64,000 bases of DNA from positions 24,412 through 88,411 of the forward strand of contig JBCKNJ010000001.1 of assembly GCA_038902795.1 (NCBI GenBank), written 5' to 3'. The position numbers were made by a program, and so were the translations under genes. Positions 11,611 to 21,967 of this stretch are shown one piece after another. The DNA comes from Polaromonas sp. GTDB taxonomy: Bacteria; Pseudomonadota; Gammaproteobacteria; Burkholderiales; Burkholderiaceae_C. Each line of letters opens with the position of its first letter. Positions within the stretch are counted from its first letter, which is position 1. Below the pieces are notes generated by a model. It worked only from the letters and a program-made list of their open reading frames with translations. It ran no database searches and was not told where the DNA came from.

Positions 11611-11767
11611 ATCGAAGCTCCTTCTGACCTCACCAACGACAGGATTAAAGCGTATTCATACAATCGTGTTTCGCAATGTCAGCATATCCTGCACATTGAA
11701 AACAGTATCTCGTCACTTACCGCGACTGTAACCGAGTAGCAATGATTTGCCCAACCCGCTTTTTTAA

Positions 11768-12715
<948 letters not shown>

Positions 12716-12771
12716 ATTCGGCGATTTAATTCGGGCTTCAATGGGTAGTTTGCCGGGCTGCTGCAGCCTTG

Positions 12772-12872
12772 ATTCCGTTTCCAAATCATTCGTGTCTAGG
12801 CGTCGAGCCGCAGGCAGTGCTGTAGCACGGCAAGGCGAGACAACAACGACAGGGATGATTTAGAAATGGAAT
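12772..12872. repeat. Family B palindromic element (mirror 37123..37223)
   Basis: ATTCCGTTTCCAAATCAT...ATGATTTAGAAATGGAAT with the family core. Confidence 0.82.
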
Positions 12873-12973
12873 GACTTGGATTAACTTTGTTTTCAGGCTA
12901 TAATCAAAGGCTTGGCTCAAGCGTGAAAAAACGTTTGGGCATCCGATTTTTTAATTTTTTACGGAGAGTGCTC

Positions 12974-13210
12974 ATGGCACGCATCTGTCAGGTAACGGGC
13001 AAAGGCCCGATGGTTGGGAACAACGTTTCTCACGCCAACAACAAAACCAAGCGTCGGTTCATGCCTAATCTGCAGTACCGTCGTTTCTGGGTCGAGACAG
13101 AAAACCGCTGGGTGCGCTTACGCATCACCAGCGCTGGTCTGCGTTTGATCGACAAAAAAGGCATCGATGCGGTCTTGGTAGACCTGCGTGCCCGTGGCGA
13201 AGTAAATTAA
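12974..13210 (+). CDS. rpmB: 50S ribosomal protein L28
   Basis: [29 protein letters not shown]; GGAG RBS; start moved to 12974. Confidence 0.97.
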   Translation: MARICQVTGKGPMVGNNVSHANNKTKRRFMPNLQYRRFWVETENRWVRLRITSAGLRLIDKKGIDAVLVDLRARGEVN

Positions 13211-13276
13211 TTTTTTTGTGGGACTGACCACCAGCGCAAAGCGTCAAGCTCTGTCCCCAACTGACTAGGAAATATC

Positions 13277-13444
13277 ATGGCTAAAGGCGGACGCGAAAAA
13301 ATCAAGCTGGAATCAACTGCCGGCACGGGTCACTTCTACACGACCACCAAGAACAAAAAAACCACGCCTGACAAAATGCTGATCATGAAATTTGATCCTA
13401 AAGCACGCAAGCATGTGGAATACAAGGAAATCAAGCTGAAGTAA
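13277..13444 (+). CDS. rpmG: 50S ribosomal protein L33 (55 aa; absent from ORF track)
   Basis: Translated by hand: [55 protein letters not shown]; AGGA RBS; follows rpmB. Confidence 0.97.
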   Translation: MAKGGREKIKLESTAGTGHFYTTTKNKKTTPDKMLIMKFDPKARKHVEYKEIKLK

Positions 13445-13548
13445 TTCCAATTCGCATTAGAAATGAGAACAAGGCGCGAAGCTGCTGACAGTGCTGTAGC
13501 ACGGCAAAGCGAAGCAACGCAGTTATCGTTTTTAATGCGGATTGGAAT
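13444..13548. repeat. Family B element with divergent arms (mirror 36447..36551)
   Basis: ATTCCAATTCGCATTAGAAATG...CGTTTTTAATGCGGATTGGAAT around the family core. Confidence 0.78.
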
Positions 13549-13580
13549 AATTTAGCTGTGACTTTGCAGCCTCAAGCTGC

Positions 13581-13620
13581 ACATTAAAAAACCCGCTCGA
13601 TAGCGGGTTTTTTTTAATGT
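13581..13620. terminator. Bidirectional intrinsic terminator between rpmG and desaturase (mirror 36375..36414)
   Basis: AAAAAACCCGCT-CGAT-AGCGGGTTTTTTTT between convergent genes. Confidence 0.9.
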
Positions 13621-13642
13621 CTGGTGCTTTCGTGCAAAGACT

Positions 13643-14845
13643 TTAGCTGCAGGCTGCCCGCCGCAGCTTCATCGAGAACTCACGCAACGCAGCAATACCG
13701 CTTGCTTCAGCCCGGTGGCACCAGGCTGCCAAATCAGTGGCCAGTTGCTCGCGCGATGCCGACCTCGACAGCCACATCTGGCGCAACTCTTCGCGCATGG
13801 TGACCATTTTGTCGAGTACCGGGTGCTCGGCACGGGCTTGCGCCAGCTTGGGGCGGGCAGCGTCAGGCACCTTGTCGTCGTCGCGGTGCAGCCAGCGGTT
13901 GGCAGCGCGCAACATCGACGCATCGCCCTTTTTGGCTTTTATCAACTCAATCTCGGCTTGTACGGCACGGCGCAATTCGCGCGCAAAACCGGCCATCACC
14001 TCGTAACGGTGGGCTATCAGCGCTTCGAGCGTCTTCTCGTCAGCTACAGGCTGGATGGTGCCAAGCCGAAGCTTTGGCGGCACCTTTTTCACCGTTGCCA
14101 GGCCAAGGCGCTCAAGCCCGCGAATATAAATCCAACCAATATCAAACTCATAGGGCTTGACCGAGAACTTGGCCGACGTGGGATAGGTGTGGTGATTGTT
14201 GTGCATCTCTTCGCCGCCAATCATGATGCCCCATGGCGAAATATTGGTGCTCGCATCAGGTGTCTCGAAATTACGATAACCCCAGTAGTGCCCAATGCCA
14301 TTGACGATGCCAGCCGCTGTAACCGGAATCCACATCATCTGCACAGCCCATACGGCCAGGCCAGCCGCACCAAACAGCGCCAGGTTGATGATCATCATCA
14401 GGCCCACGCCTTGCCAGCTATGGGGGGTGTATAGATTGCGCTCAATCCAGTCGCTTGGTGTGCCGTGACCGTATCTGGTCATGGTTTCTTTGTTTTTACT
14501 CTCGACACGGTACAGCTCGGCACCTTGCCAGAATACTTTTTTGATGCCGTAAGCCTGTGGGCTGTGCGGGTCTTCAGCGGTCTCGCATTTGGCGTGGTGT
14601 TTGCGGTGAATGGACACCCATTCTTTGGTGACCTGTCCGGTACCCAGCCACAACCAGAGCCGGAAAAAATGCGCGGGAATGGCATGCAGATCCATCGCAC
14701 GATGCGCCTGGTGGCGGTGCAGATAGATGGTCACGCTGGCAATCGTAATGTGCGTTGTCACCAGGGTGAAGAGCACAATTTGCCACCAGCTCGCTGCCAG
14801 CAAGCCATTGGCAAGCCAGTCAAGAGCTGCATCAAAAAACATCAT
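13643..14845 (-). CDS. desA: Acyl-CoA/fatty acid desaturase (DesA-like, delta-9 type)
   Basis: His boxes HRHQAH, HRKHH, HNNHH; AAGGA RBS before ATG 14845. Confidence 0.88.
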   Translation of the reverse strand: MMFFDAALDWLANGLLAASWWQIVLFTLVTTHITIASVTIYLHRHQAHRAMDLHAIPAHFFRLWLWLGTGQVTKEWVSIHRKHHAKCETAEDPHSPQAYGIKKVFWQGAELYRVESKNKETMTRYGHGTPSDWIERNLYTPHSWQGVGLMMIINLALFGAAGLAVWAVQMMWIPVTAAGIVNGIGHYWGYRNFETPDASTNISPWGIMIGGEEMHNNHHTYPTSAKFSVKPYEFDIGWIYIRGLERLGLATVKKVPPKLRLGTIQPVADEKTLEALIAHRYEVMAGFARELRRAVQAEIELIKAKKGDASMLRAANRWLHRDDDKVPDAARPKLAQARAEHPVLDKMVTMREELRQMWLSRSASREQLATDLAAWCHRAEASGIAALREFSMKLRRAACS

Positions 14846-14969
14846 AAAAGTCCTTTTATTAATCTGCCTCAAGCCGCCCGCCAAAATAGCGCCATGCAAC
14901 TGCGTTTGAATGTCGCCAATTGTAACCGAGTCAGTCTGAAAAACATAGCCCTGATAGGCCCTCAAAAAA

Positions 14970-16226
14970 TTACATCGACTTCTGCCAAATAGCGGCAAAA
15001 AACCCGTCGGTCTGATGCCGGTATGGCCATAGCCGCAGGTAGGGGCCACGGCACAGTTTATCAGCATGTTCCACCCCTAGATGGGTCAATATAGGCGCTG
15101 TTTCAAGCACGTTGAAGTCTTTATTTGCATTTGAAAAAGCTTCCGCTATGGCTTCATTTTCTTCACGTAAAACACTACAGGTGGCATAAACCAGTCGCCC
15201 GCCGGGCTTTAAAAGCCGCGCTGCGCTCTGCAAAATAGCCGTTTGCTTGGCCACCAGTTCGGCAATGGCCTTGGGGTTTTGCCGCCATTTCAGGTCCGGG
15301 TTGCGCCGCAGCGTACCCAAGCCGGAGCATGGCGCATCGACCAGCACCCGATCAATCTTGCCGGCCAGGCGTTTGATGCGGTCATCACGCTCATGCGCAA
15401 TCGCCACCGGGTGAACATTTGACAAACCGCTGCGCGCCAGCCGCGGTTTAAGCGCCTCCAGCCGATGGCCCGAGGTGTCAAACGCATACAGCCGCCCGGT
15501 GCTGCGCATACTGGCACCAAGGGCCAGCGTTTTGCCGCCAGCACCGGCGCAAAAATCAACCACCATCTCGCCGCGCTTGGCATCTACCAGCAGGGCCAGC
15601 AACTGCGAGCCCTCGTCCTGCACTTCAATCGCGCCGCGTGTGAAGGCATCGAGCTTGCCCAGCTGCGATTTATCGGCCAGCCGCAAGCCCCATGGCGAAT
15701 AAGGCGTAGCCACGGTTTTCAGCCCGGCTTTTTGCAGCTCTTTTTGAATATCGGCGCGCTTGTCTTTGAGCGTGTTGACGCGCATGTCTAGGCCAGCAGG
15801 TGCATTAAGGCTTTCAACCAATGGCCAAAAGTCGTCACCCAGTTGCGCCTTCAAAGGCTCAACCAGCCACTGCGGCAGGTTGTGGCGGTGCAGCTCCATC
15901 AAGTCGGCGGGTTTGACCTGATCGCAGCGGTTCAGCCAATCGATTTCCTGATCGGTCAAAGCCGCCATCAAGAAATCGCGCGGTGCAGTAAAACCCAAAA
16001 TCGTCAGACGGCGCTCAGGCGGGCCGCTGCCGTGCTGCGCCAGATAGGTGAAGAGATTTTTTTTGCGCAGTACAGCGTAAATGGTTTCAGCCAGCGTAGC
16101 ACGCTCACGCGGGCCGAGGCGAAACTCACGGAAATAGCGCGACAGAACCATGTCTGCCGGGTGGTCAAATTTAAGAACCAGCTTGAGAAGCTCGGAACAA
16201 CTATCTAGTAAGGCTTTAGGATGCAT
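14970..16226 (-). CDS. RsmB/NOP (Sun/Fmu) family RNA m5C methyltransferase
   Basis: QDEGSQL, DFCAGAGGKT, DAPCSGLG, VYATCS, TDGFF motifs; may be a paralog rather than RsmB itself. Confidence 0.9.
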   Translation of the reverse strand: MHPKALLDSCSELLKLVLKFDHPADMVLSRYFREFRLGPRERATLAETIYAVLRKKNLFTYLAQHGSGPPERRLTILGFTAPRDFLMAALTDQEIDWLNRCDQVKPADLMELHRHNLPQWLVEPLKAQLGDDFWPLVESLNAPAGLDMRVNTLKDKRADIQKELQKAGLKTVATPYSPWGLRLADKSQLGKLDAFTRGAIEVQDEGSQLLALLVDAKRGEMVVDFCAGAGGKTLALGASMRSTGRLYAFDTSGHRLEALKPRLARSGLSNVHPVAIAHERDDRIKRLAGKIDRVLVDAPCSGLGTLRRNPDLKWRQNPKAIAELVAKQTAILQSAARLLKPGGRLVYATCSVLREENEAIAEAFSNANKDFNVLETAPILTHLGVEHADKLCRGPYLRLWPYRHQTDGFFAAIWQKSM

Positions 16227-16256
16227 AGCCCCTTATTGTCCCACTGCGCTTCTTAT

Positions 16257-16410
16257 GGGCACTTCTATAAATTACCGTTCGCCCTGAGCTTGGCCTGTCC
16301 TGAGCTTGTCGAAGGGTCGAAGGGTCTGCTCGCTAAGTGGTTGTTTTTATTAGCTAAAGGCTTCGACAGGCTCAGCCCGAACGGGGTTTGGTGAATTTAT
16401 AGAAGTGCCC
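16257..16410. mobile_element. Family A MITE shell carrying a different REP-like core (mirror 33585..33738)
   Basis: GGGCACTTCTATAAATT...AATTTATAGAAGTGCCC ends; interior CCGTTCGCCCTGAGCTT..GTCGAAGGG / CTTCGACAGGCTCAGCCCGAACGG. Confidence 0.8.
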
Positions 16411-16422
16411 TATAGTGCAACT

Positions 16423-16537
16423 ACCGCAACACGACCGCAGCACAGGCGGTTCAGTCCAACATGGTTTATCTGCCGCGATTGACGTCTTTGCTTTGTGCTG
16501 GCTTTACGGCGCGGCGGATAAACGCTGATTGTTGGGC
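16423..16537 (+). repeat. Direct repeat X copy 1 containing an attC-like hairpin (mirror 33458..33572)
   Basis: GTCCAAC (16454) ... GTTGGGC (16531) with inner arms GTTTATCTGCCGCG / CGCGGCGGATAAAC; identical to 18488..18598. Confidence 0.75.
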
Positions 16538-16576
16538 ATCACAATAGATGAGCGGGTTCCATCAAAGGAGGACTAC

Positions 16577-17566
16577 ATGCGAAACATGAGAAGGCTTGTC
16601 CTGAGAAGGGTCGCATTGACCTTTGGATTAGTGCTGGCGTCTGGTCTGGCGACGCCGCAGGAAGCCAAACTTCCGCGTGTTGGGGTACTGCTCCTTGGAG
16701 GACCAGGGCCACGCTACGACGGATTGCGGCAAGATTTTGCCCAATTGGGGTATGTCGAGGGCCGAAATATCATACTCGAGCCTCGATTTGCCCGAGGCCA
16801 GTTCGACCGAGCGCCAGCACTTGCCGCTGAACTGGTCGCCCTCAATGTCGATGTCATCGTTGCGGTGGGCGCGATAGGGGTTGGGGCTGCTCAAAAAGCA
16901 ACCACGAAAATTCCCATTGTTTTTGCGGCGGTGCTCGATCCTGTCGCCCTTGGGTACGTCGCCACGTTGGAGCGGCCCGGTGGAAATATCACGGGCATCA
17001 TCAGCTTCGATCCACAGCAAGCTACCAAACAATTCGAAATCCTCACGGAGGTGATTCCGAACCTCTCGCGCGTTGCAATTCTGAGTGATCAAGACATTCC
17101 TCGTACAGACGGCTGGAATCCGCTAGAACGGGAAAACGACACGGCGGCACGAGCGCTCGGATTACGGCCTCAGTGGCTCAGAGTGAAGGCGCCTGTTCCA
17201 GATCTCGATGCAGCCTTCGCAGCGATGCAGAGCGAACGCGCAGAGGTTCTGCTGGTACTGGAGGTGCCTGTAAACATCTTAAACTTCAAGCCAATCGCTG
17301 AGCTGGCAGCCAAGCATCGCTTGCCCACCATGTTTCCCGGCGGTTGGGAGAATCAGGGCCTGATCACTTATGGAACGAGCATCAATGACGCAGTGCCGCG
17401 TATTCCAGAGTATGTGGACAAGATTCTGAAGGGCGCCAAACCGGGCGAACTGCCGATTTCCGTCGTGGCACGGCCGGAACTCATCGTCAATCTAAAGACG
17501 GCGCGGGACATCGGCATATCCATCCCGCCCGAGCTGACGAAGCGGGCCAGCCGAGTTATTCAGTGA
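16577..17566 (+). CDS. Orphan ABC transporter substrate-binding protein
   Basis: LGYVEGRNI, TKIPIVF, DPVALGYVATLERPGGNITG, YVDKILKGAKPGELP, VNLKTA; AAGGAGG RBS before ATG 16577; no permease or ATPase adjacent. Confidence 0.88.
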   Translation: MRNMRRLVLRRVALTFGLVLASGLATPQEAKLPRVGVLLLGGPGPRYDGLRQDFAQLGYVEGRNIILEPRFARGQFDRAPALAAELVALNVDVIVAVGAIGVGAAQKATTKIPIVFAAVLDPVALGYVATLERPGGNITGIISFDPQQATKQFEILTEVIPNLSRVAILSDQDIPRTDGWNPLERENDTAARALGLRPQWLRVKAPVPDLDAAFAAMQSERAEVLLVLEVPVNILNFKPIAELAAKHRLPTMFPGGWENQGLITYGTSINDAVPRIPEYVDKILKGAKPGELPISVVARPELIVNLKTARDIGISIPPELTKRASRVIQ

Positions 17567-17589
17567 CATCAACGGGCCGCAAAAAGCAC

Positions 17590-17677
17590 GGGGTCAGGTC
17601 TTGCAATCAAGCAGCAAGCAGATCGAAATGCCGAGATCGAGCGGACTGAGGGATGTGTGACTGCAAGACCTGCCCCC
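17590..17677. repeat. GGGGTCAGG...CCTG(A/C)CCCC element Y copy 1 (mirror 32318..32405)
   Basis: GGGGTCAGGTCTTGCAATCA...TGACTGCAAGACCTGCCCCC; one mismatch seen versus 18354..18441. Confidence 0.85.
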
Positions 17678-17886
17678 ACTTGCACTCATGCCCGTTGCGG
17701 ACTTTCGAAGTCGACGGAACTGGTTTACACTCTCGGCGACTGTCTGAGCGCAGCCGCAACGCAACGTCTCTTGCTTGGGCGACTATCGGCCCAACAGCGA
17801 TCTTGTCAACGAAGTCCAATTGCGCAAGGGCTATTGTCCGAAAAACAGTCGTTCCGAGGATGTCAACTTAATAGAGGAGAACGTCA

Positions 17887-18201
17887 ATGAAGTACATGAT
17901 TAGCTGGTTTGAACGCCCGCACGGTTCGGCTACGGAGTACGAGAATGCCCAGAAACGGATACTTGAAGTGTTCAGTCAATGGAAGCCGCCCGAGAATTTC
18001 AAGATCGAGTTGTTCGTAGTGCGAGTGGGCGAGTGGGGTGGGTACATGTTGGTGGACTGCGACGATCCGTTGGCCGTTCACAAGGCCTGCTCGACCCACG
18101 CTACTTTTGAATTCCAGGTGCGAACTGTGATTGCCGTCGAGGACGCTGTCCGGGTCGAACTCGAAGCGATTGCTTGGCGCGATGGACTGAAACGCAACTG
18201 A
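17887..18201 (+). CDS. Small protein, probably DUF3303 family
   Basis: GAGGAG RBS; MKYMISW...GEWGGYMLVDCDD pattern recalled for DUF3303; followed by a terminator. Confidence 0.72.
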   Translation: MKYMISWFERPHGSATEYENAQKRILEVFSQWKPPENFKIELFVVRVGEWGGYMLVDCDDPLAVHKACSTHATFEFQVRTVIAVEDAVRVELEAIAWRDGLKRN

Positions 18202-18274
18202 CATCCGAGAGGACCACATCGCATTCACCTCGTGTGAACCGGCGACACTATCGTTGCAGCATGCGGAGATCAAG

Positions 18275-18304
18275 AAACGGCACTCAGTTTGAGTGCCGTT
18301 TTTT
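18275..18304 (+). terminator. Intrinsic terminator after the DUF3303-like gene
   Basis: AAACGGCACTCA-GTT-TGAGTGCCGTTTTTT. Confidence 0.85.
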
Positions 18305-18353
18305 GTTTCATTTTTTTTGGTGCCTTCCCTCCTCCCTTGCTCTCAGGGTCACT

Positions 18354-18441
18354 GGGGTCAGGTCTTGCAATCAAGCAGCAAGCAGATCGAAATGCCGAGA
18401 TCGAGCGGACTGAGGGATGTGTGACTGCAAGACCTGACCCC
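18354..18441. repeat. Element Y copy 2 (mirror 31554..31641)
   Basis: Direct repeat of 17590..17677. Confidence 0.85.
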
Positions 18442-18487
18442 ACTTGACAGAGGTAGGGCGATTGAATCAAATCCCTCATAATGCAAA

Positions 18488-18602
18488 ACCGCAACACGAC
18501 CGCAGCACAGGCGGTTCAGTCCAACATGGTTTATCTGCCGCGATTGACGTCTTTGCTTTGTGCTGGCTTTACGGCGCGGCGGATAAACGCTGATTGTTAG
18601 GC
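18488..18602 (+). repeat. Direct repeat X copy 2 containing an attC-like hairpin (mirror 31393..31507)
   Basis: GTCCAAC (18519) ... GTTAGGC (18596); diverges from copy 1 immediately after GTT. Confidence 0.75.
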
Positions 18603-18742
18603 GTCCAGCAAGTACACTTACGAACGCACACTTCAAAGATTACCTGCGCTTCTTCAGTCGCGGTGTTCATTGGCGTAGTTGTCATTCCAGCTGTGCTCAC
18701 CGACCCATTTCCCGGTTATTGATTTGTGAAAGAATCTGATCT

Positions 18743-19582
18743 ATGACTTCCATACTGTCGCGTGTGTTGGCGGCACTTTCCCTTGCAGTTTTGCTGAACG
18801 CTGGTGTCGCATACGCGCAAGCAATTCCAGTTAACCCCACCTACAAGGGTTGGTTCGCGTCGTCAAACCCTACGATGACATTTCTTTTTGAAGCGGCCGA
18901 GGCCAAGGCTACGCTGGTGTTTATTCCCGGCGGGGAGGGTCACCGTGGCGTCAAGCCGGAGTGGACGGCCGATCATGGCTATTTCTCGTCTTACCATTTC
19001 AACGTGATGCTTCGCAGCCTGAGTGATCCCAAGGCCACTTCAGGGCAGTTCAACGTAGTTATTTTTGACAGCCCGGCAGATTTGCCGACCGCAAACCATT
19101 GGTCAGGGGCAAGGGCAAGCACTGATCACCTCTCCCGAGTGGAAGATGTGGTTCGCTATTACAAGGAAAAATTCGGCAAGCCCGTGTGGGTGATGGGCCA
19201 CAGCATGGGCAGCATCAGCATTACGGAGCTTTACAAACGCCTCCAAGACAAAAAGAGCGAAGATCTTGTCGCGGGGCTGATATGGAGCGGTGGCATAAAC
19301 GGCACCTTCTTCAATTACGAGACCACCAAATTGCCCGTCTTGGTTCTGCACCACGAGAACGACGGATGCATTGGAACCACGCCACGCAACGCCAAGAGAA
19401 TCCATACCAGGCTGAGCGAAGCTGGCAACACGGCCACCGAATTGGTTTTCATCAAGACCGGCACGCTGTCACCCGACAGCAACAACCCGTGTCGCTCGGG
19501 TTATCACATGTATTTCGGTGCGGGTGCTGATGTTGCCAAAGTGCTGGATCAATTCATGAGCAAACATCTGGTTCCGCGCTAG
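18743..19582 (+). CDS. Secreted alpha/beta hydrolase
   Basis: Signal peptide ending AYA; GHSMG nucleophile elbow; HHENDGC and GYH motifs as candidate Asp/His. Confidence 0.85.
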   Translation: MTSILSRVLAALSLAVLLNAGVAYAQAIPVNPTYKGWFASSNPTMTFLFEAAEAKATLVFIPGGEGHRGVKPEWTADHGYFSSYHFNVMLRSLSDPKATSGQFNVVIFDSPADLPTANHWSGARASTDHLSRVEDVVRYYKEKFGKPVWVMGHSMGSISITELYKRLQDKKSEDLVAGLIWSGGINGTFFNYETTKLPVLVLHHENDGCIGTTPRNAKRIHTRLSEAGNTATELVFIKTGTLSPDSNNPCRSGYHMYFGAGADVAKVLDQFMSKHLVPR

Positions 19583-19594
19583 TGCGCTGCCAAG

Positions 19595-19655
19595 GCTTGT
19601 TGGCGTTAGGAGGATCAAAGGGGTCAGGGTCGAATTAAATGCCTAACGAACAAGC
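19595..19655. repeat. Solo GGGGTCAG unit inside a short inverted repeat
   Basis: GCTTGTTGGCGTTAGG...GGGGTCAGGGTC...CCTAACGAACAAGC. Confidence 0.55.
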
Positions 19656-19746
19656 AACTGTCTTAAAAGTCAAGTATTTTCGACCTCCCGGGTGTGAAAA
19701 TTTTCGTTCCATGGTGTGCCTGTCGTGTCACCGATAATCGCGGGTT

Positions 19747-21372
19747 ATGCCCGAATCTCTTGCCCCCTCTGAAATCGCCAAACAAGTTAAACGCCGCCGC
19801 ACGTTTGCCATCATCTCCCACCCCGATGCGGGTAAAACCACGCTGACTGAAAAGCTGCTGCTGTTCTCGGGTGCGATTCAAATTGCCGGCAGCGTGAAAG
19901 CCCGCAAGGCGGCACGCCATGCCACCAGTGACTGGATGGAAATTGAAAAGCAGCGCGGCATATCGGTCGCCTCATCGGTCATGCAGATGGAATACCGTGA
20001 CTGCGTGATTAACCTGCTCGACACCCCCGGTCACCAGGATTTTTCTGAAGACACCTACCGCGTGCTGACCGCCGTTGATGCCGCGCTGATGGTGATTGAC
20101 GCGGCCAACGGTGTCGAGCCACAAACACGCCGCCTGCTGCAGGTCTGCCGCGCCCGCAACACGCCCATTCTGACCTTCGTCAACAAGATGGACCGCGAGG
20201 TGCAGGATCCGATGAGCCTGATGGACGAAATCGAGCGCGAACTCGGCATGACCGTCGTGCCCTTCACCTGGCCGGTCGGCATGGGCAAGCTGTTCCACGG
20301 CGTCTATGACCGGCGTGAAAAACGCATGCGCGTCTTCAGCCCCGGCGAAGACAAGGCCGGCGGCGAGGACGAAATTTTGGCGGGCCTGGACAACGCCGAA
20401 GCCGCCAAACGCTTCGGTGCCGAATTCACGCAGGCCCAGGGCGAGCTGGAACTGCTCAACGGCGCTTCACCCGAGTTCAACCGCGAGGACTTCCTCGCCG
20501 GCAAACAGACCCCGATGTTTTTCGGCTCGGCCATCAACAATTTTGGCGTGCAGGAAGTGCTCGACGCGCTGGTGGACCTGGCGCCGGCGCCAGCCGAACG
20601 CGCCGCCCTGCAGCGCGTGGTGCAGCCCGAGGAAAAGAAATTCTCCGGCGTGGTGTTCAAGATTCAGGCCAACATGGACCCGGCGCACCGCGACCGCATC
20701 GCGTTTTTGCGCGTGGTCAGCGGCGAGTTCACGCGCGGTATGCGGCTCAAGGTGGTGCGCAGCGGCAAGGAGCTGCGGCCCAACACCGTGGTGAGCTTTA
20801 TGAGCCAGCGCCGCGAACTGCTCGACACCGCTTTTGCCGGCGACATCATCGGCATCCCGAACCACGGCGTGCTGCAACTCGGCGACACGCTGACTGAAGG
20901 CGAGGCGCTGCAGTTCACCGGCCTGCCATTTTTTGCGCCAGAAATGTTTCGCGCGGTTGAAGTCGCCGATCCGCTGCGCAGCAAGCAACTGCGCGCCGGC
21001 CTGACGCAGCTTGGCGAAGAAGGTGCGATTCAGGTCTTTCGGCCTATCTCTGGTTCGTTATTGCTGCTAGGCGCAGTCGGGCAGTTGCAGTTTGAAGTCG
21101 TTGCCCACAGGCTGGAGCATGAGTACGGCGTGAAGGCGCGCATCATGGCCAGTAACTTCAACCTGGCGCGCTGGGTCACCTCTGAAGACCCGAACGAGTT
21201 GAAGAAATTCATCGATGCCAACGCGCACCGTGTGGCCTTAGATGCAGTCGATGCACCTACCCTGCTGGTCGATCACAGCGCCACCCTGCGTGCAGTCGAG
21301 CAGCAGTGGCCGAAAATCAAGTTCCACGCACTGCGCGAGCATGCCGGGCTTGTGTTTCAGTCAAAAATGTAA
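19747..21372 (+). CDS. prfC: Peptide chain release factor 3
   Basis: RRTFAIISHPDAGKTT, DWMEIEKQRGISV, DTPGHQDF, NKMDR, KIQANMDPAHRDR. Confidence 0.97.
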   Translation: MPESLAPSEIAKQVKRRRTFAIISHPDAGKTTLTEKLLLFSGAIQIAGSVKARKAARHATSDWMEIEKQRGISVASSVMQMEYRDCVINLLDTPGHQDFSEDTYRVLTAVDAALMVIDAANGVEPQTRRLLQVCRARNTPILTFVNKMDREVQDPMSLMDEIERELGMTVVPFTWPVGMGKLFHGVYDRREKRMRVFSPGEDKAGGEDEILAGLDNAEAAKRFGAEFTQAQGELELLNGASPEFNREDFLAGKQTPMFFGSAINNFGVQEVLDALVDLAPAPAERAALQRVVQPEEKKFSGVVFKIQANMDPAHRDRIAFLRVVSGEFTRGMRLKVVRSGKELRPNTVVSFMSQRRELLDTAFAGDIIGIPNHGVLQLGDTLTEGEALQFTGLPFFAPEMFRAVEVADPLRSKQLRAGLTQLGEEGAIQVFRPISGSLLLLGAVGQLQFEVVAHRLEHEYGVKARIMASNFNLARWVTSEDPNELKKFIDANAHRVALDAVDAPTLLVDHSATLRAVEQQWPKIKFHALREHAGLVFQSKM

Positions 21373-21388
21373 TTTTCTAGAAGTGCCC
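21371..21388. repeat. Solo family A terminal repeat between convergent prfC and lrp (mirror 28607..28624)
   Basis: AATTTTCTAGAAGTGCCC matches the family A right end. Confidence 0.65.
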
Positions 21389-21393
21389 AACAG

Positions 21394-21861
21394 CTACAAA
21401 ACAGGTAGCGGCAGTGCGGTCTTGTAGCGCACCTGCTTGAGCGCAAAGCTGGAGCGGATTTTTTCGATGCCCGGAATCGACGTGAGCTGCTCGAGGATGA
21501 ATTTCTCCAGTGCGGCGATGTCGGCGACGGCAACGCGAATCAGGTAGTCGCTGTCGCCGGTCATCAAATAACACTCCATCACCTCGTCATGCTCGGCAAT
21601 GCGCCGCTCAAACTCCGCCAGCGACTCCTTGTTTTGCGAACGCAGGCTGATCGAGATGAACACACTCAAGCCCAGGCCCAGCGCCGCCGCGTTAGCAATG
21701 GCGACGTAGCGGTCAATGACTTTGGCGGCCTCCAGCGCCTTGACCCGCACCAGACACGGCGAGGGGCTTAAATGCACACGCCGGGCCAACTCGACGTTGG
21801 ACAGCGAGCCATCACGCTGAAGTTCGGCAAGAATCTTTAAATCAAGGTTATCAAGTTTCAT
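21394..21861 (-). CDS. Lrp/AsnC family transcriptional regulator (MdeR-like context)
   Basis: LDLKILAELQRDG..SNVELA..V.LSPSPC HTH; ECYLMTGDSDYLIRV; divergent from the E1 gene. Confidence 0.93.
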   Translation of the reverse strand: MKLDNLDLKILAELQRDGSLSNVELARRVHLSPSPCLVRVKALEAAKVIDRYVAIANAAALGLGLSVFISISLRSQNKESLAEFERRIAEHDEVMECYLMTGDSDYLIRVAVADIAALEKFILEQLTSIPGIEKIRSSFALKQVRYKTALPLPVL

Positions 21862-21967
21862 AGTCCGTAAAATCTGTTATTTTCAGAATTTTATGCTGAA
21901 TATAAAAATAATAGCCACATATTAAAGCAGCACCTTTTGAGCTGGTTTGCGTAAAGTCGTAGCCATC

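Noticed and set aside
16423-18602. CRISPR array
   Set aside because: Repeats are 88-115 bp, only two copies each, and separated by whole genes; no cas genes
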